A stretch of 64,000 bases of DNA. It comes from Octopus sinensis (Eukaryota). The stretch is taken from NCBI RefSeq assembly GCF_006345805.1, contig NC_042999.1:59520001-59584000 (forward strand), in the 5' to 3' direction. The notes beneath the pieces are model-generated. The model searched no databases, was not told the DNA's origin, and worked only from the letters and a program-made list of their open reading frames with translations. Every line of letters starts with the position of its first letter. The first letter of the stretch is position 1. Both the position numbers and the translations under genes were made by a program. Below are positions 38,831-53,610 of the stretch, one piece after another.

Positions 38831-39913
38831 ACATGCAGAGAGTTAAAGAGATAACACACACACCACACACACACACACACACACACCTATCTGTTTACAC
38901 TAATTTTATCTAATTGCGTGCCTCAGTTAATAACGAAATCCGAAAAAGAGTTACAAGAGAGCTACATTCAATTATTTGATGATGGCATAAGAAAGGAAGA
39001 AAAAAAAATAACAAACACCGATACCGCTTTATTGAATATTTTCGCTGTCTCATCAAAACCAAGTCTGAAGTATGAGACGGAGCTGCTTCACAAAATCGCA
39101 ACGTTGCTAAAAGGGTCTTCTTTCTTGTGATCTTATATATTATATAATTTCCTGTTTAGATTTCATGCTGATTATAGCAATTTTCTTACATCACCGTCTG
39201 ATGTTTACGTACTTTCATTCTTTCCGAATTTCAATAGATATATCTGCCTAATTTTTCATGTACAAACATATATATATATACATACATACATACATACGTA
39301 CATATATATTATATATAATATAATATATATATATATAATATGCTTCATTTTGTATGCTTTTTTTAAAACGATTTTTAATCTGATTATTTATGTATTTATT
39401 TATCTAATTCCATTTCGTTTCGTTTAGGTTCTTCCGTGGTTTTTATCCTTTCATGTGTTTTTAAAAAACGTAAATGCATACAAAAACATGCTCACCTGCA
39501 CCCACATACACGTACACATGCAGAAACACATACACGTCCCTTATTTTAGTGTGTCAATCTTTGTGGTGAGTGTTTGCATGCATATATAAAAAAAAAAGTA
39601 TGCGTGTACGTATGTATGTGTAAGCAAGTATGTATATACATTTGAGAGTATTAACATACGTATATAGTTTTGCATAATATACATTTTAATATATACATAA
39701 AGGCTATATATATATATAATATATATATATAAATATATATATAAATATATATATATATATAAATATCTATATATATAAATATATATATATATATAAATAT
39801 ATACATACATTTAGAACACAAAACATATATACTCAGACTTATACACATATTTCATATTTACATATGTTACATATGTATATATGTATATGTATATGTGCGT
39901 ATGTATGCATACG

Positions 39914-39945
<32 letters not shown>

Positions 39946-40037
39946 TATATACATACATAGACATACATATACATTATATTGTTATATATATACATATATA
40001 TACTTATATTACTTACATATATATATATCTATATATA

Positions 40038-40089
<52 letters not shown>

Positions 40090-40569
40090 TATATATATAG
40101 ATAATAATATATATGTATGTATGCATGTATGTATGTATGTATGTTTACAAATTAATGGGTTTTCGTTTCTTGAATTTTTGAATTCTTCCACTTTGTTTTG
40201 GAAACATTGGAACAATTTTTTTTCTATTATTTACATTTATTTTCTGTTTTCCTTTAACTTGCACATTTATTGTGATTATCGGCGGATGATAATATGGACG
40301 TGTGTGTCTGTGTGTGTGTGTGTGCTTATGTGTGTATCTGTGAATGTGTACGTCTGTCTGTGTGCATCTCACATCATATTTCCTTCTGTTTTATTATGGC
40401 TCATTCCCAGATCTCTGCCATCAGTTATATGATTTTCTATCATTCCATCATCCCATCTTTCTGTATATGTATAGAGTAGCGTTGATTCCCATCTGTTACG
40501 TTATCTCTTTACCTCTTATATGTCTCCAAACCGAGCTGTCTATCTATCTGTCTGTTGTCTATCTATCTA

Positions 40570-40669
40570 NNNNNNNNNNNNNNNNNNNNNNNNNNNNNNN
40601 NNNNNNNNNNNNNNNNNNNNNNNNNNNNNNNNNNNNNNNNNNNNNNNNNNNNNNNNNNNNNNNNNNNNN
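40570..40669. other. Assembly gap (100 N)
   Basis: Run of exactly 100 N, so the true distance is unknown. Confidence 1.
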
Positions 40670-41159
40670 TAAGTCCTGGGATCGATTTGCTCGACTAAAG
40701 GCGGTGCTCCAGCATGGCCGTAGTCAAATGACTGAAACCAGTAAAAGAGTAAAAAGAGATCAAGTCATAACGTACAGACACATATTAATTAATAAACTTC
40801 GCAATGATAACTGGCTTTCCATTTTTTGTCCATCTGCTACACTTGTATATTTAATTATCTTAAATTTGCCGGCATTTTTTTTTATCTCTTTTCTTAGAAA
40901 AATTACTTTCATATTACACTTAATTTTCTTTTAAAATATTCTTTTTAGATGTATTTATTGTTTGTTTGTTTTGTTTTTTTGTTTTTTTTTTTTGTTTTTT
41001 TTCTGAATATTTATTAAATTATGAAAAATATCAATCACTAAATAAATAATTTAGAAATATGTACATATACATTATTTACATAGAATCATGAAATATTCTT
41101 TATAAAGATGCGAGTCTGATTAGTAAAATGTTGTTTCAATTTTCGGAGAAGTTACTAAG

Positions 41160-41508
41160 TCGATCAGATTGACCCCAGTAGGCAACTGGTACTTAATTTA
41201 TCGACCCCGGAAGGATGAAAGGCAAAGTTGACCTCGGCGGAATTTGAACTCAGAAGGTAACGGCAGACGAAATATCTATTTCTTTACTACCCACAAGGGG
41301 CTAACACAGAGAGACAAACAAGGACGACAACAGAACAATTAAGTCGATTACATCGACCTCAGTGCGTAACTGGTACTTAATTTTCGATCCCGAAAGGTTG
41401 AAAGGCAAAGTCTACCTCGGCGGAATTTGAACTCAGAACGTAACGGCAGACGAAATACCGCTAAGCATTTCGCCCAGCATGCTAACGCTTCAGCCATCTT
41501 GCTGCCTT
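41160..41508 (-). mobile_element. SINE family B dimer with the same junction as the 29-kb multimer
   Basis: GACGAAATATC|TATTTCTTTACTACCCACAAGGGG at 41276; head homologue at 41459 (183 bp). Confidence 0.85.
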
Positions 41509-41934
41509 TGGTTAGTAAAATAGTGAAGGAAAACATGATACGTAACTACATTATCTAATTAATTCGTGTACTAAAGCCGACATTTGTATAAACGCTCACT
41601 GATATAACTGTGAGGTTAAGAAGTTTGGTTAACAAATCCTTGGACAAAGTTTAGATCTTAATGGATGATTCTCAGAGCAAGAGTCTGTTCCCCAGAATGA
41701 GACGACGGGGTAGTTTATGTGATAGTCCCAGATTTCTTCACAGATCTGCTTGTGTAGTTGATTTATTCTGAAAGATCGTAAAAGCTTTGATAATCAGCAA
41801 AGGCAGAATTTATATTATGCGCCGTATTGGGTTTACTTAATACGATTTTCAAGTACTCTGTGGTCCTCTTTAAGACATAGCGCTCAGTAGTTATAAAATT
41901 TTAGAATAAAGTTGCTCGTGAGATACCAATGTAT

Positions 41935-42168
41935 GCGGCGAACTGGCAGAAACGTTAGCACGCCGGGCGAAATGCGTAGCCGTATTTCGTCTGCCATTAC
42001 ATTCTGAGTTCAAATTCGGCCGAGGTCGACTTTGCCTTTCATCTTTTCGGTGTCGATAAATTAACTACCAGTTACGCACTGGGGTCGATATAATCGACTT
42101 AATTCCTCTGTCTGTCCTTGTTTATCCCCACTGTGTGTTGCCCCTTGTGGGCAATAAAGAAATAAGAA
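41935..42168 (+). mobile_element. SINE family B monomer with long tail
   Basis: Complete head through GTGGGCAATAAAGAAATAAGAA. Confidence 0.9.
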
Positions 42169-42827
42169 AGGGACGATTTGGTAATGCTGTTTGAGCGTTG
42201 ATTATTTGGTGCGGCTGACAGGACATTGAACTTGTTTTGGCGACAAGTAACTTTTGGCACTGGAGGAAAGTACACACTAGCACATGCACACATACATACA
42301 CGCACATACATGCGCGTGCAGAAATGTACATATACAAACAGAAAGAGTGAGAGGGGGAAATAGGGAGAGGGAGAGAGCAAGAGAGAGAGAGTGCGCGCGA
42401 GAGAGAGAGCGAGAAAAACAATAAAACGAGAGAAACATTAAAACGAAGGGAACCATTAAAACATCTGATGTCAAATAAATCAGCGTCGAATCTGCGGCGC
42501 CAAAACGGCTACTCCAAAACGTCCCATAGTTTTGATTCAATTATTGATAAACAAACACCATTTGTACCTTGTCATTAATTTTACTATTAGAATATTTATC
42601 ATGACAGCATTTGGCAATTAAAGCGATAGAAGCGCATCTAAGGGGTCGCTTGATCTGCTGGAATTAGCAGCTGATTTAACTTACAGCACACTCTATCGCC
42701 TTTAAATGATGGCATAAAATGAGAAATGAAGTGTGAGTTTATATCTTACAGAAAGACAGGATCAACATCACTAGAATTCTTTTGATCATAGAACTGTCTG
42801 GGTATGGCTGGCTCTTGGCTAAAGAAG

Positions 42828-43031
42828 AACTACTACTACTACCACCGCGGCCACTGCTGCTGGGGTTACTACTACAATCACTACAACTACTACTAATACA
42901 ACCACAACTGCTGCTGCGACTACTACTACTACTACTACTACTACTACCACTACCACAGCGGCCACGGCTGTTGCGGTTACTACCACAATCACTACAACTA
43001 CTACTAATACAACCACAACTGCTGCTGCGAT

Positions 43032-43062
<31 letters not shown>

Positions 43063-43264
43063 GCTGCTACTACTACTACCACTACCACAGCGGCCACTGC
43101 TGTTGCGGTTACTACTACAATCACTACAACTACTACTAATACAACCACAACTGCTGCTGCGACTACTACTACTACTACTACCACTACCACCGCGGGCACT
43201 GCTGCTGCGGTTACTACTACCATCACTACAACTACTACTAATACAACCACAACTGCTGCTGCGG

Positions 43265-43298
<34 letters not shown>

Positions 43299-43400
43299 CA
43301 TTACCACCGCGGCCACTGCTGCTGCGGTTACTACTACAATCACTACAACTACTTACTACTAATACAACCACAACTTCAGCTGCGACTACTACTACTACTG
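42828..43400. repeat. Five-unit minisatellite (102-132 bp) built on ACT/GCT triplets
   Basis: ACC(A/C)C.GCGGCC unit starts at 42841, 42952, 43084, 43186 and 43303. Confidence 0.9.
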
Positions 43401-44797
43401 TGGGTAATCGATGTCATACCGGTGTCACAATGCAAATCAATCCTTTATCTAATACAGTAATACCTATCTCTGTTGTGTTGTAAAGAAGCTGGCTTAGTAA
43501 CTACACAGGTTCTGCGTTCGATCCCAAAGCACTGGCATTTAGAGAACTATGATATGCGATACCCGCATTCTGACCAGTGCCATCTAATTGAAATTTGGCA
43601 GACAGAGACTGACCACAACCTTCTCGTGGACGGATGTGTGTATTTATGTATGTATGTAAGTATGTATGCATGCATGTATGTATGTATGTATGTATGTATG
43701 TATGTATGTATGTATGTATGTATGTATGTATGTCAGTATGTATGTATGTATGTATGTATGTATGTATGTATGTATGTATGTAGATAGAAAGATAGATAAG
43801 TAGATAGATATACTTACACACATTCACACATACAGACATATATATATATATAGATGTGTTGGGGGTGGGGAGTGTTAAAACAATTTATGTCGACGAAGGA
43901 TGTAAGCATCTTCATGAAAACCGAAAAACAGACAACCCAGTTAATACTTTTTCTGCCATTAAAACTGCTGTGAACCAATCATTTTGTCTATTGGGAACCT
44001 ATAACCCCCGACGCTATTGTTCATCACTCGTGATATATAATATCCCACAAATAAATAAATAAATAAATAGATAAATAAATAAATAAATAAATTATCTTAC
44101 GATTACAAAGGCGATGCTTATTGATTTGGCCAGCTGTAACTTCGGTTATATAAGAACGTTTGAACGATTTTTATTCTGAAATTTTATTATGCATAGCAAT
44201 GCAATACAAAATTTCACATGAAAGAAGGTGTCACACTTTGATGATAAATATTTTCCTTGAGCTATCTCGTTTTATATATATATATATATGTACGTGTGAA
44301 TGTTTATGTCCATGTGTGTGCACATGTATGTGTGTGTGTGTGTGTGTGTACGCATGCGTGTATGTACGTACATATTAGAGAGAAAGAAAGACTACGAGAA
44401 AGATATAGAGTGATATAGATAGGTAGAAAAATACAGTGCTGTACAGTCTGTATGAATACGTGTCTGTATCTACGCGCGCGTGTGTGTATGTGTATGTATG
44501 TATGTGTGTGTGTGCGCGTGTGTGTGTGTGTGTGTGTGTGTGAGGAAGAGTGAGAGCGGAAAAATTTAATAACGATAGAAAAATAGATTAACGAGTCATA
44601 CCAATGTACATACGTGTGTGTTTAATTTTTCTGAAAGCGTGCTTGTATATGTGTGTACGTGAATGTGTGTGTGCGTGTGTGTATGTATACATGTATGTAT
44701 GTATGTATGTATGTATGTATGTATGTACGTACGTATGAATTAATGAATAAGTACTTGTGTACAGACAGATAGATAGCAAGCTAGATAGATAGATAGG

Positions 44798-44863
<66 letters not shown>

Positions 44864-44880
44864 TATTTATTAACCAAATT

Positions 44881-45287
44881 CGTGGCTGTGTGGTAAGTAG
44901 CTTGCTAACCAACCACATGGTTCCGGGTTCAGTCCCACTGCGTGGCATCTTGGGCAAGTGTCTTCTGCTATAGCCCCGGGCCGACCAATGCCTTGTGAGT
45001 GGATTTGGTAGACGGAAACTGAAAGAAGCCTGTCGTATATATGTATATATATATATATGTGTATGTATGTGTGTTTGTGTGTGTGTCTGTGTTTGTCCCC
45101 CTAGCATTGCTTGACAACCGATGCTGGTGTGTTTACGTCCCCGTCACCTAGCGGTTCGGCAAAAGAGACCGATAGAATAAGTACTGGGCTTACAAAGAAT
45201 AAGTCCCGGGGTCGATTTCCTCGACTAAAGGCGGTGCTCCAGCATGGCCGCAGTCAAATGACTGAAACAAGTAAAAGAGTAAAAGAG
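44881..45287 (+). mobile_element. SINE family A, young subfamily
   Basis: Same diagnostic variants as 24288-24736. Confidence 0.9.
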
Positions 45288-45424
45288 AGAGAGTATAACG
45301 ATTATGAAGTAGCAAAGTTTTGCGCCACAAGTTTTATTTAAAAACACATTTATAAAGTTTTATTACCTTTTTTAATTATTTTCTTATTGCCTATATATAC
45401 TTTTTTGATATAGCGAAATATCAG

Positions 45425-45890
45425 TTTCAAATTTGGGCACAAGGCCAACAATCGACCCTAGTATTCAACTGGTAATTATTTTCTCGATCCCGAAAGGATA
45501 TAAAACAAGTTGGCCTCGACGGAAAATTCAAGTTAGAGCCTAAAAACGGGCAAAATACCGTTAAACATTTAGCCTGGTGTACTAACGATTCTGCCAGCTT
45601 GCCGCCTTAATAAAATGAAATATTAAAAATTATATATCGAGTAAGTAATCCGTCCATTATTACTTTGACAAGCACAGTGAAGTTTATACTACACTGAAGG
45701 AGCTCAAAAAAAAAAAATCGGTTTCGAATTTTGGCACAAGGCTAACAAGTTCGGGGAAGGGGGGATAATCGAGTATATCAATCCCAGTGCTCAACTAGTA
45801 ATTAATTACTGGTAAATATTCTATCCGGAGAGGATGGAAGCAAAGTCGACCCCGGCGGAATTCGATCTCAGATCGTGAAGACAAACGAAT
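45425..45890 (-). mobile_element. Two diverged SINE family B copies
   Basis: TCGACCC.AGT..CAACTGGT and GCAAAGTCGAC.CCGGCGGAATT repeated. Confidence 0.65.
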
Positions 45891-47931
45891 GAAGTTTGAT
45901 AATTCCGAAACTTGTTTACCGAAATCTTTAAAATAATATTAGTCATTTAGCAAAATACTTTTTCTTCACCCCATAATTTTGTAGTTTCATTTGGTTATCG
46001 TGGATTAGTGAGAAATGGAAGGCGTGGTCCAAGAATCTTTCCAAGGCCTTCGGAACGAATGGAGGACGTTGTACTCAGGTAAGAAAATTGTCCAGAATAT
46101 TTTCCACAGAGGGGACTCCTCTAAAGAATAAAACTGTGAATGCAGTGGTATACAGTTACAAAATACCACGTAGACGATGTAGCGGTCAACAACCTAACTA
46201 CCTGGCAATATATTCAAGGTAAAGCTAACATAATAAATAATGATTCTTAGTTTGTGTTGAATGTCTAATGCAGGTCGAGTTCTGTTTTATGAGGGTTTTG
46301 ACAACATGTTCAATTATTCAGTAGACAGGATGTGTTTGGTGAATGCAATATGCTTTATGAGCTGATTTGCTTGCTCTAAGTAGGTGTGGAATTTGATTTT
46401 CTCTGTGTATAATCGCTGTGAGGTTGTTACGATATAAATAATAAACGAGCATGTTTTAAATATTTGCTATAGTAATATTAGTAATTCTCGAAACAATCCA
46501 TAACGCTGGCGGCACTTCTACGAATAATTTCAATTGACGTTCGTTGAAACAAGCCAAAAAGTTTTCTTCTATCGTTATACAATGTCGATGAGGCCACGGT
46601 CAAGCTTCTTTTGGTAGAGGTCGGTGGGGTATAATGAACAGGTGTACAACTTAACTTTTGAATTCTGGGAACTAGGAAAAGGTACCGTTGATCAATTCTG
46701 GACATTTGCCGCTCTTCCTTGCCCCCTTTTGTATATGAGTTTGAATGGGCCTCAAACGGCAGTAGAACAAAGTGAGATTCACTTAAAGCGTCCAAAACAG
46801 ATTTTCCTGTGTTGCCACGAGTGAGAAGTCGATGCAACCGAGTGCTTAGTATTAGTTCTATTTCTGCTCAATCTAATTAGAAATAGTTATGCAGTGGGCG
46901 AAATATAGCATTAACGAATGACTGATGTAATTTTGATTATTGCTGCAAGAGTAACGTCAAGAGAAATGGGAGAAACGTCAAGACAAGTTTAAGTCTTATT
47001 AGACCGCTTCAGTGAAACACAGTCCTCTCAATATTTGCCGAAGTCGTGATGAGACAATCACTAAATAAATATTCAATATCACGTAAGAAATGGAGTAGAA
47101 AATCTTAGAAGATAAGTTACTTAGACGTTCCGTCCACTTAGAGAAAAATAGTGTTAACATATTTAATACAAATAGCGGTTAAAATATGACGAGAAATTTT
47201 ATACCGGCGTGGTGGAAACAATATTAGGTCAGTCATAAAAATTATTTAATTATGTTTCGCTCCTACTAGCGTATAACATTCTACATCTACTTAATACTTC
47301 TTTGAACATTCTTGGATAGGGAATTTGAGACCTCTGCTTCCTTGAAGAGAAATCATAAGGCAGAAACATTCCACGATTTATTTTCCATACTTGCCAAAGT
47401 TATTAAAATAATTAGCTGGCCCTGTGCTGTCAAAAATGACGGCTTATTTTAGTATTCTATATATAAATCTGGATGGTAATTCAAATTAATACACTTGTCG
47501 ATGTTATCTAGTGGTTGTTTTTTGAGATGTGACATCGATCATCGTTTGTTGCTGAAAGAACGCTGGTCCACACATACTTTCGCCTACTTCCCTTGCGCAC
47601 ACACATACATACACACATACACTCACACAGAGTTGAAACGCTGTTTGATTTTTCCTTTCAGTGTTGAATGTTCACCAGCCCACTTACATTGAACAACACA
47701 CACACACACACACAAACAAACCTCATTTTTGACATACACATATACTCACAAAGAGTTGAATTTTTTTCATGCCTTCCATATTCATCTACCACCCCTTCCT
47801 TTCTCATTCATATGTCGTGACGGAGAGGAAACAGAAGAGCATTATGAAAGTAGATATTAGTCATTCAGCTAAACCTTGATTTTTTCCGCGCCAGATAAAA
47901 ATTTTCCAATTAGATTTTTGTACACTCATTA

Positions 47932-48454
47932 TCTGTTATATAAAATCCGTTCTGTCTGTCTGTCTGTGTGTCTTCTAGGATCTCGGGCATCCTCCATCTG
48001 ATGCGATCAAATTTGATATGTAGATACCGACGGTATCAGGGCATGTATAAGTCTTTAAAAAATTACAAAAATCGATTTCAGGTGAGAATGCGATCGATGA
48101 AGCCGTGGGAACGTGCATTTGTAGGCGCAAGTACATCAGCTGTTGCGATCGATACTACACGTACGCGAGAAAAATACACGTGCAGTTTGCGCAAAAAAAA
48201 AGCCGGCTGGCTTGAAATAATGCCATAAAATGTAGTATATTTAAGAGACCAAAACAGTAAGATGCAAAGGAGATATTTTCTTCAAACTTGACATGATAGA
48301 AGGAAAAACTATTTGGTTTCTCAAGAAGTTTCTTTTTGGCCTTAACTTCGTTTAACAAAACCAAAAATTTTATTGAAATAAAGGCATGCTTAATTATTTT
48401 TTATTCAGCAGATATGATTCAGCACCGTCCATTGGACGGGGGGCATTTTGTTCG
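47932..48454 (+). mobile_element. Non-autonomous Helitron
   Basis: A|TC 5' end, (CTGT)n near the 5' end, subterminal hairpin CCGTCC-ATT-GGACGG (48425-48439), TTCG|T 3' end; second copy at 55641-56150. Confidence 0.75.
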
Positions 48455-48494
48455 TATTAAATATGTTGAGATGAACTTAGTTATTTCTCTTCCA

Positions 48495-48496
48495 GG

Positions 48497-48575
<79 letters not shown>

Positions 48576-48612
48576 CTGACAGATAGATAGACAGACAGAT
48601 AGACAGACAGAC

Positions 48613-48659
<47 letters not shown>

Positions 48660-48660
48660 G
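48495..48660. repeat. (TAGA)n/(CAGA)n
   Basis: Direct reading. Confidence 0.95.
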
Positions 48661-48892
48661 ACAGAGAGAGAGAGAAACAAACACAGAGAATGTGTTCGGG
48701 TTTGTGTTGTGCTTTTGTCCTCCACTATCCTGCTTGACAACCGGTGTTGGCTGGCTTACATCCCCGTAATGTTCCCCGTAGCTGTTCGGCAAAAGAAGCC
48801 AATGTATGTCCGTGGCTCTGCCGCTCCATTCATAGAATACATTGGAAGCTTGTATACCTTGACCGTTGATCAAGTATGGTGCATAAAATTTC

Positions 48893-48953
48893 TGGTCTCC
48901 ACATACGAAACAATGGTCTCCACATACGAAACAATGGTCCCCACATAAGAAAT
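48893..48953. repeat. 21-bp tandem repeat, about 3 copies
   Basis: TGGTCTCCACATACGAAACAA. Confidence 0.9.
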
Positions 48954-50524
48954 ATACAAACCAATGAAAATGATTTTGTTGCAATTTGCTGAGTTCTTAT
49001 TGTTGATTTGAAACGCATAGAACAAGCAACAAATATGAATATTTTTTGTTAGCGTTCTAAAGAAGCACCTCTTTCGGTCTACTTGTAAAGGATTCCTGTA
49101 GCTTCCCATTGGCTATAATGTTCAGTCGCTAGTTTCTTAGATCAGAGCAATAAACTAAAAATCCGTCTTTCTGGAAATGTGGTTCAAATACTTTTCTCTG
49201 TTTTGGTACCAACAGAGAATTGTGTCTGACTGAAACATGTTTTTATCACTTAATCAGAACCTCAAGAACAAATTCAGCATCTCTGGGGAGAGCGATGACT
49301 ATTAGATCATTAGGTTCATTCTGAGCGATTATCTGTGGCTCATTGCACCTACAGATTGGACTAACCCTTCCTTGCATTCTGCAACAATTTCTTCCATCGT
49401 GTGGTTGTCTACATAATCAAGGACATTATAATGGGAAGTTATAGATGAGGTCCACATGGGCTATACCCGTTCGCAAATATAAAATAAACGACTTCATTTC
49501 AATTCATTTTGTGTTATCTTTTAATTTCGCCTATACAGATGTTACTATTAATTTTACTTTCCTTCCTTATTCTCGGAATAGCAAAACAAGAGACTTATTT
49601 TTACTGTTTATGTTGTCTCTTAGTTTCTCAGGACAGAGTGGTCACTGCGAAGAGGATGGTTTTTATTCTGGTCACGAAATGCTGCTCCAAAGCAGCGCAA
49701 TAACCTTGTTTTGTTTTTTTTGTTTTGGTTTTGTTGTTGTTTTTTAAGAAGTAGAACCGTCCATAAATTTAAGCAAAGATACCATAATTTTATCGTTAAC
49801 AATAAAACAAAACTTTAGTGTATCTCTACAGAAACTGAAACTTTAATAGCTGAAAATCTCAATTTTAAGAAATATAATATTCTAACATTGTTTTAATAAC
49901 TGCTTAATGTATATAATTATTTCCATATAGCTTTTACACTACCGCTTCGCATATATTTATAATTAAACGAACCAAATAATAAAATGCTGTACTTGGGAAG
50001 TAGGATAAACTGCATCTTCAAAAAAATTATTTGTAAACGGGAGACAGAGAGATTTCCACTTAATGCGGCGCCCAAAAATATAATAACAAATCACATGGAG
50101 TAATCAGAGCAATTTTTCAATGCATATTTGTGCAATTATGTCTTTCCTAAGAAAAAAATTTCATACAGAATTATATATATTTATACTGAATTATGTATAT
50201 TTTTTTCTGTGAGTTGCAAAATTTTTGTGAGTAAGAAGTCAAATACTTAGAAGACAATTATATCGGTAATATTTTCTTTATCAACTTCAGAAAGATAAAA
50301 AGAAAGCCTAGTCAGCATCTTAGTGAGATTTTAAATTCAAGACTGTGTATATATAGGTTGTTGCCTACTTTCTGCACTAATCATGTAACTCTGAACATTA
50401 TTATTTCCTTTTTTATACTGCATCTATAATCTTTTAAAAGCCTTCCAAAACCCTTAAAGATCGTAACGCAAAATCTTCGAAGCAGCAGAATGGAATCAAA
50501 TTAGAAAGAAAAATTCTATCATTC

Positions 50525-50830
<306 letters not shown>

Positions 50831-51314
50831 ATCAGTTTATCTACCCAACTATCTATCTGTTCAGCCATCCAGATACCCATTCAGTCATCCATTTATTAAT
50901 ACATCTCCATAATTCACTGAAACAGTCACGTACCTGGCAGCACAACAAAACTAAATGAAGCTAATGTAGGAAATTCTTTACAGAATTTCGGATCAGCATC
51001 CTTGACAAACTAAGGAATGTGCAACATAAACTATTTTGTGATAAGTAGTTCTGAAGAATTGCATCTATTAAAACTGATGGAATTGGCGAACGTCATGCCT
51101 TCGCTCACATGAAGCTTCAAAATCTTTATCAAGTCAACTGCTCTTTAAATCATTTGCCTTTTTATTCTTTGGTTTTTATTTTCTGTTGTGAGTAGTTACA
51201 TAACTATTATGAAACATTACCGACCAAAATATATGAGAAATTACAGTTTCGCAACCATCCCAAAAACATTATCAATCAGATCTATGTCCCATCGTTTCTA
51301 TGTTTTATCTTTTA

Positions 51315-51760
51315 TAATTTGTTTGCTTCAGTTATTGAACTATGGCCATGCTGGGGCACCGTCTTAAAGGGTTTAACCTAACAAATCAATCCCCAAAGTT
51401 ACTTTTTTTAAGTTTGTTTATATTTAACGTCTCATTACGAAAAGTTGTAGCAAAAAAATCAGCGCTGGACATGATTTCTATAGACCACCTGTAGAAAGAA
51501 CCTTAACAATATACTACTTGCATTTATTCTGTCAGTTCCTTTTTGACGAACCGCTACTTTACGGGGTCGTAAATAAACCAATAAAATTGTTAAGCGGTAG
51601 GAGGACAAACACAATCACAAACACGCCCATAGACTTATGCAACAGGCTTCTGCACAGTTTCCGTCCACCAAATTCATTCACAAAGTATTGGTCGACCTGG
51701 AGCTATAGTAGAAGACACCTGCTCAAGGGAGCGCAGTGGGACTGAATCCCAAACCGGTAG
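51315..51760 (-). mobile_element. SINE family A, old copy
   Basis: GGCCATGCTGGGGCACC..GAACCGCTA..TTCCGTC.ACCAAATTCA..GCAGTGGGACTGAA. Confidence 0.7.
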
Positions 51761-52199
51761 TGGCAAAACGAAGACTTGAGCTGAGTCAGACATAGAAGAT
51801 AAATCCTGCATTATAGCAGGATCAAATCTGATCCAGATCAAATCTGTCCAGCAGAATTGTGATTGCAATTCTGGCCATTTCGTCTCGTTCAGGTTATCAT
51901 GTCATTTTAAAGATGTTATCAGGTGTAAAGCGAAGGATATATGGTATCTTTTCCCAGCAGGTTTTACAACCGTTTAGATGTTTCTATTGTGGTTCATACG
52001 ATGTTTATTTATGTAACAGTTATTTTTAAAGATAAAAAACGCAAGAGCTATATCCATGACATCCATGACATCCATAAGCCTTCGTAGACCGGTGAGACCA
52101 TTGCAGTTAGAGTTTTCTTCAACATTTGTAATTCGACAGGAGTAAGGAACACATATGCGAGAAGGGGCTTTAAGGTGTGTGGATGATAAGCAGATATAT

Positions 52200-52600
52200 G
52201 TCTAATAAGGTGACTTTAGTCATCACTTATCAGTTTTTGATGCATTAGAGATAAAACCCAGTGATGTTGAGTGTCGATAGCATACAACCGGTGGAACTTC
52301 GAGCAGTTAGTTAACTTCATGCTCCGTATGTCCCGGGAGATGGAGAAGGCTAAGTTGTATAAAAATGTGTGGTAAGCACTCACGATAAAACATTGTTCAT
52401 ATGATGTAATACACATAGAGACTGAAATGATTTAGTAGAGGGTTGGTTTCAGAGGTGAGATAAAGATAAACGGTGCGTGAAATATCTTTGTGTTTGTCAG
52501 AAACGAAATTATTAGATGTAGGGTATCGAGAATTGCGAAATATTTAGTTGCCACACCTGCGATATTAGTATGGGATGAATGTTAAAGTTGAGAAGAGTTG
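52200..52600 (-). mobile_element. Possible very old L2/Jockey-like RT fragment
   Basis: FSISRDIRS..SKFHRLYAIDTQHHWVLS loosely resembles ISLDISKAF..LL.KL.SYGI..WI.S; weak. Confidence 0.3.
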
Positions 52601-52834
52601 AGAACGTTGGTGTCATTTAAAACGGTTACATGAGAGAGGAAAGAGAGGAAAGTAGAGTGAACTACAAAAGCAGAAGAATAGTCGAAGAGTTGTTAATGGT
52701 GTTTAGAGGGATTCCACACATTTTCCGTCTACCAAATTCACTCACAAGGCATAGGCTGGTCCCAGGATATAGTAGAAGACATTCGCCCAAAGTTCTGCAA
52801 CGTGGAGCTGAACATGAAATCACGTGGTTATCCA

Positions 52835-52990
52835 TACTTGCCTGGTATTTTATCTTATTGACCTTTTATTGACCTAAAAGGATAAAAGGCAAAACCAAGC
52901 TCAGAGGAATTTGAACTCAGAGCATAATGTGTTGGAAAAGTGCGGCTAAGCGTTTTGTCCAAAATGCTAACAATTCCGCCAGCTCCACGC
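52835..52990 (-). mobile_element. SINE family B
   Basis: GGAATTTGAACTCAG, AAAAGGATAAAAGGCAA. Confidence 0.7.
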
Positions 52991-53094
52991 CTTATAACGT
53001 CGCCAAAACAACGCAAGGAATTTTTTTTGGTCAGTCTGTTGTGGATTTCGAACATGGACAGAAAACTACAAATTTGGCAGTGAATACTCTTTTT

Positions 53095-53317
53095 ATATTT
53101 TGACTTGTTTCAGTCAGTAGATTGCAGTCATGATGGGGGCAACTCCTTGAAAGATTTTAGTCGAATGACTCGATCCAGTACTTTTTAGTCTTTAAGTGTG
53201 GCGCCTATTCTATCTGTCCCTTTTCCCGAACCGCTGGATTAGAGGAACGTAAACACTCCAACACCGGTTGTCAAGTGGTGGTGAGGGAAGACACAGACAC
53301 AAAGACGCACACATACA

Positions 53318-53353
<36 letters not shown>

Positions 53354-53610
53354 CATATACATACATATATATATACATACATACACACACACACACATAC
53401 ACACACACACACATATATATATATACGATATACGATATATATATAAATATATATATACGATAGACTTCCTTCGGTTTCCGTCTGCCAAATCCACTCACAA
53501 AGCTTTGGTCGGCTCGAGGCTATAATAGAAGGCACTTGCCCAATGTGCCACGCAGTGGAACTGAACTTTGGACCATGTGGTTATGAAGCAAGCTTCTTAC
53601 CACAAAGCCA
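53095..53610 (-). mobile_element. SINE family A
   Basis: Reverse complement of body, microsatellite and head. Confidence 0.8.

Noticed and set aside
42739-43483. Leu-rich, Ser-rich and Val-rich ORFs over the minisatellite
   Set aside because: Alternative frames of a triplet repeat
46478-46837. 119-aa minus-strand ORF
   Set aside because: No motif or family resemblance and no splice support
49220-49400. Possible minus-strand mini-exons
   Set aside because: Several incompatible readings; none recognisable
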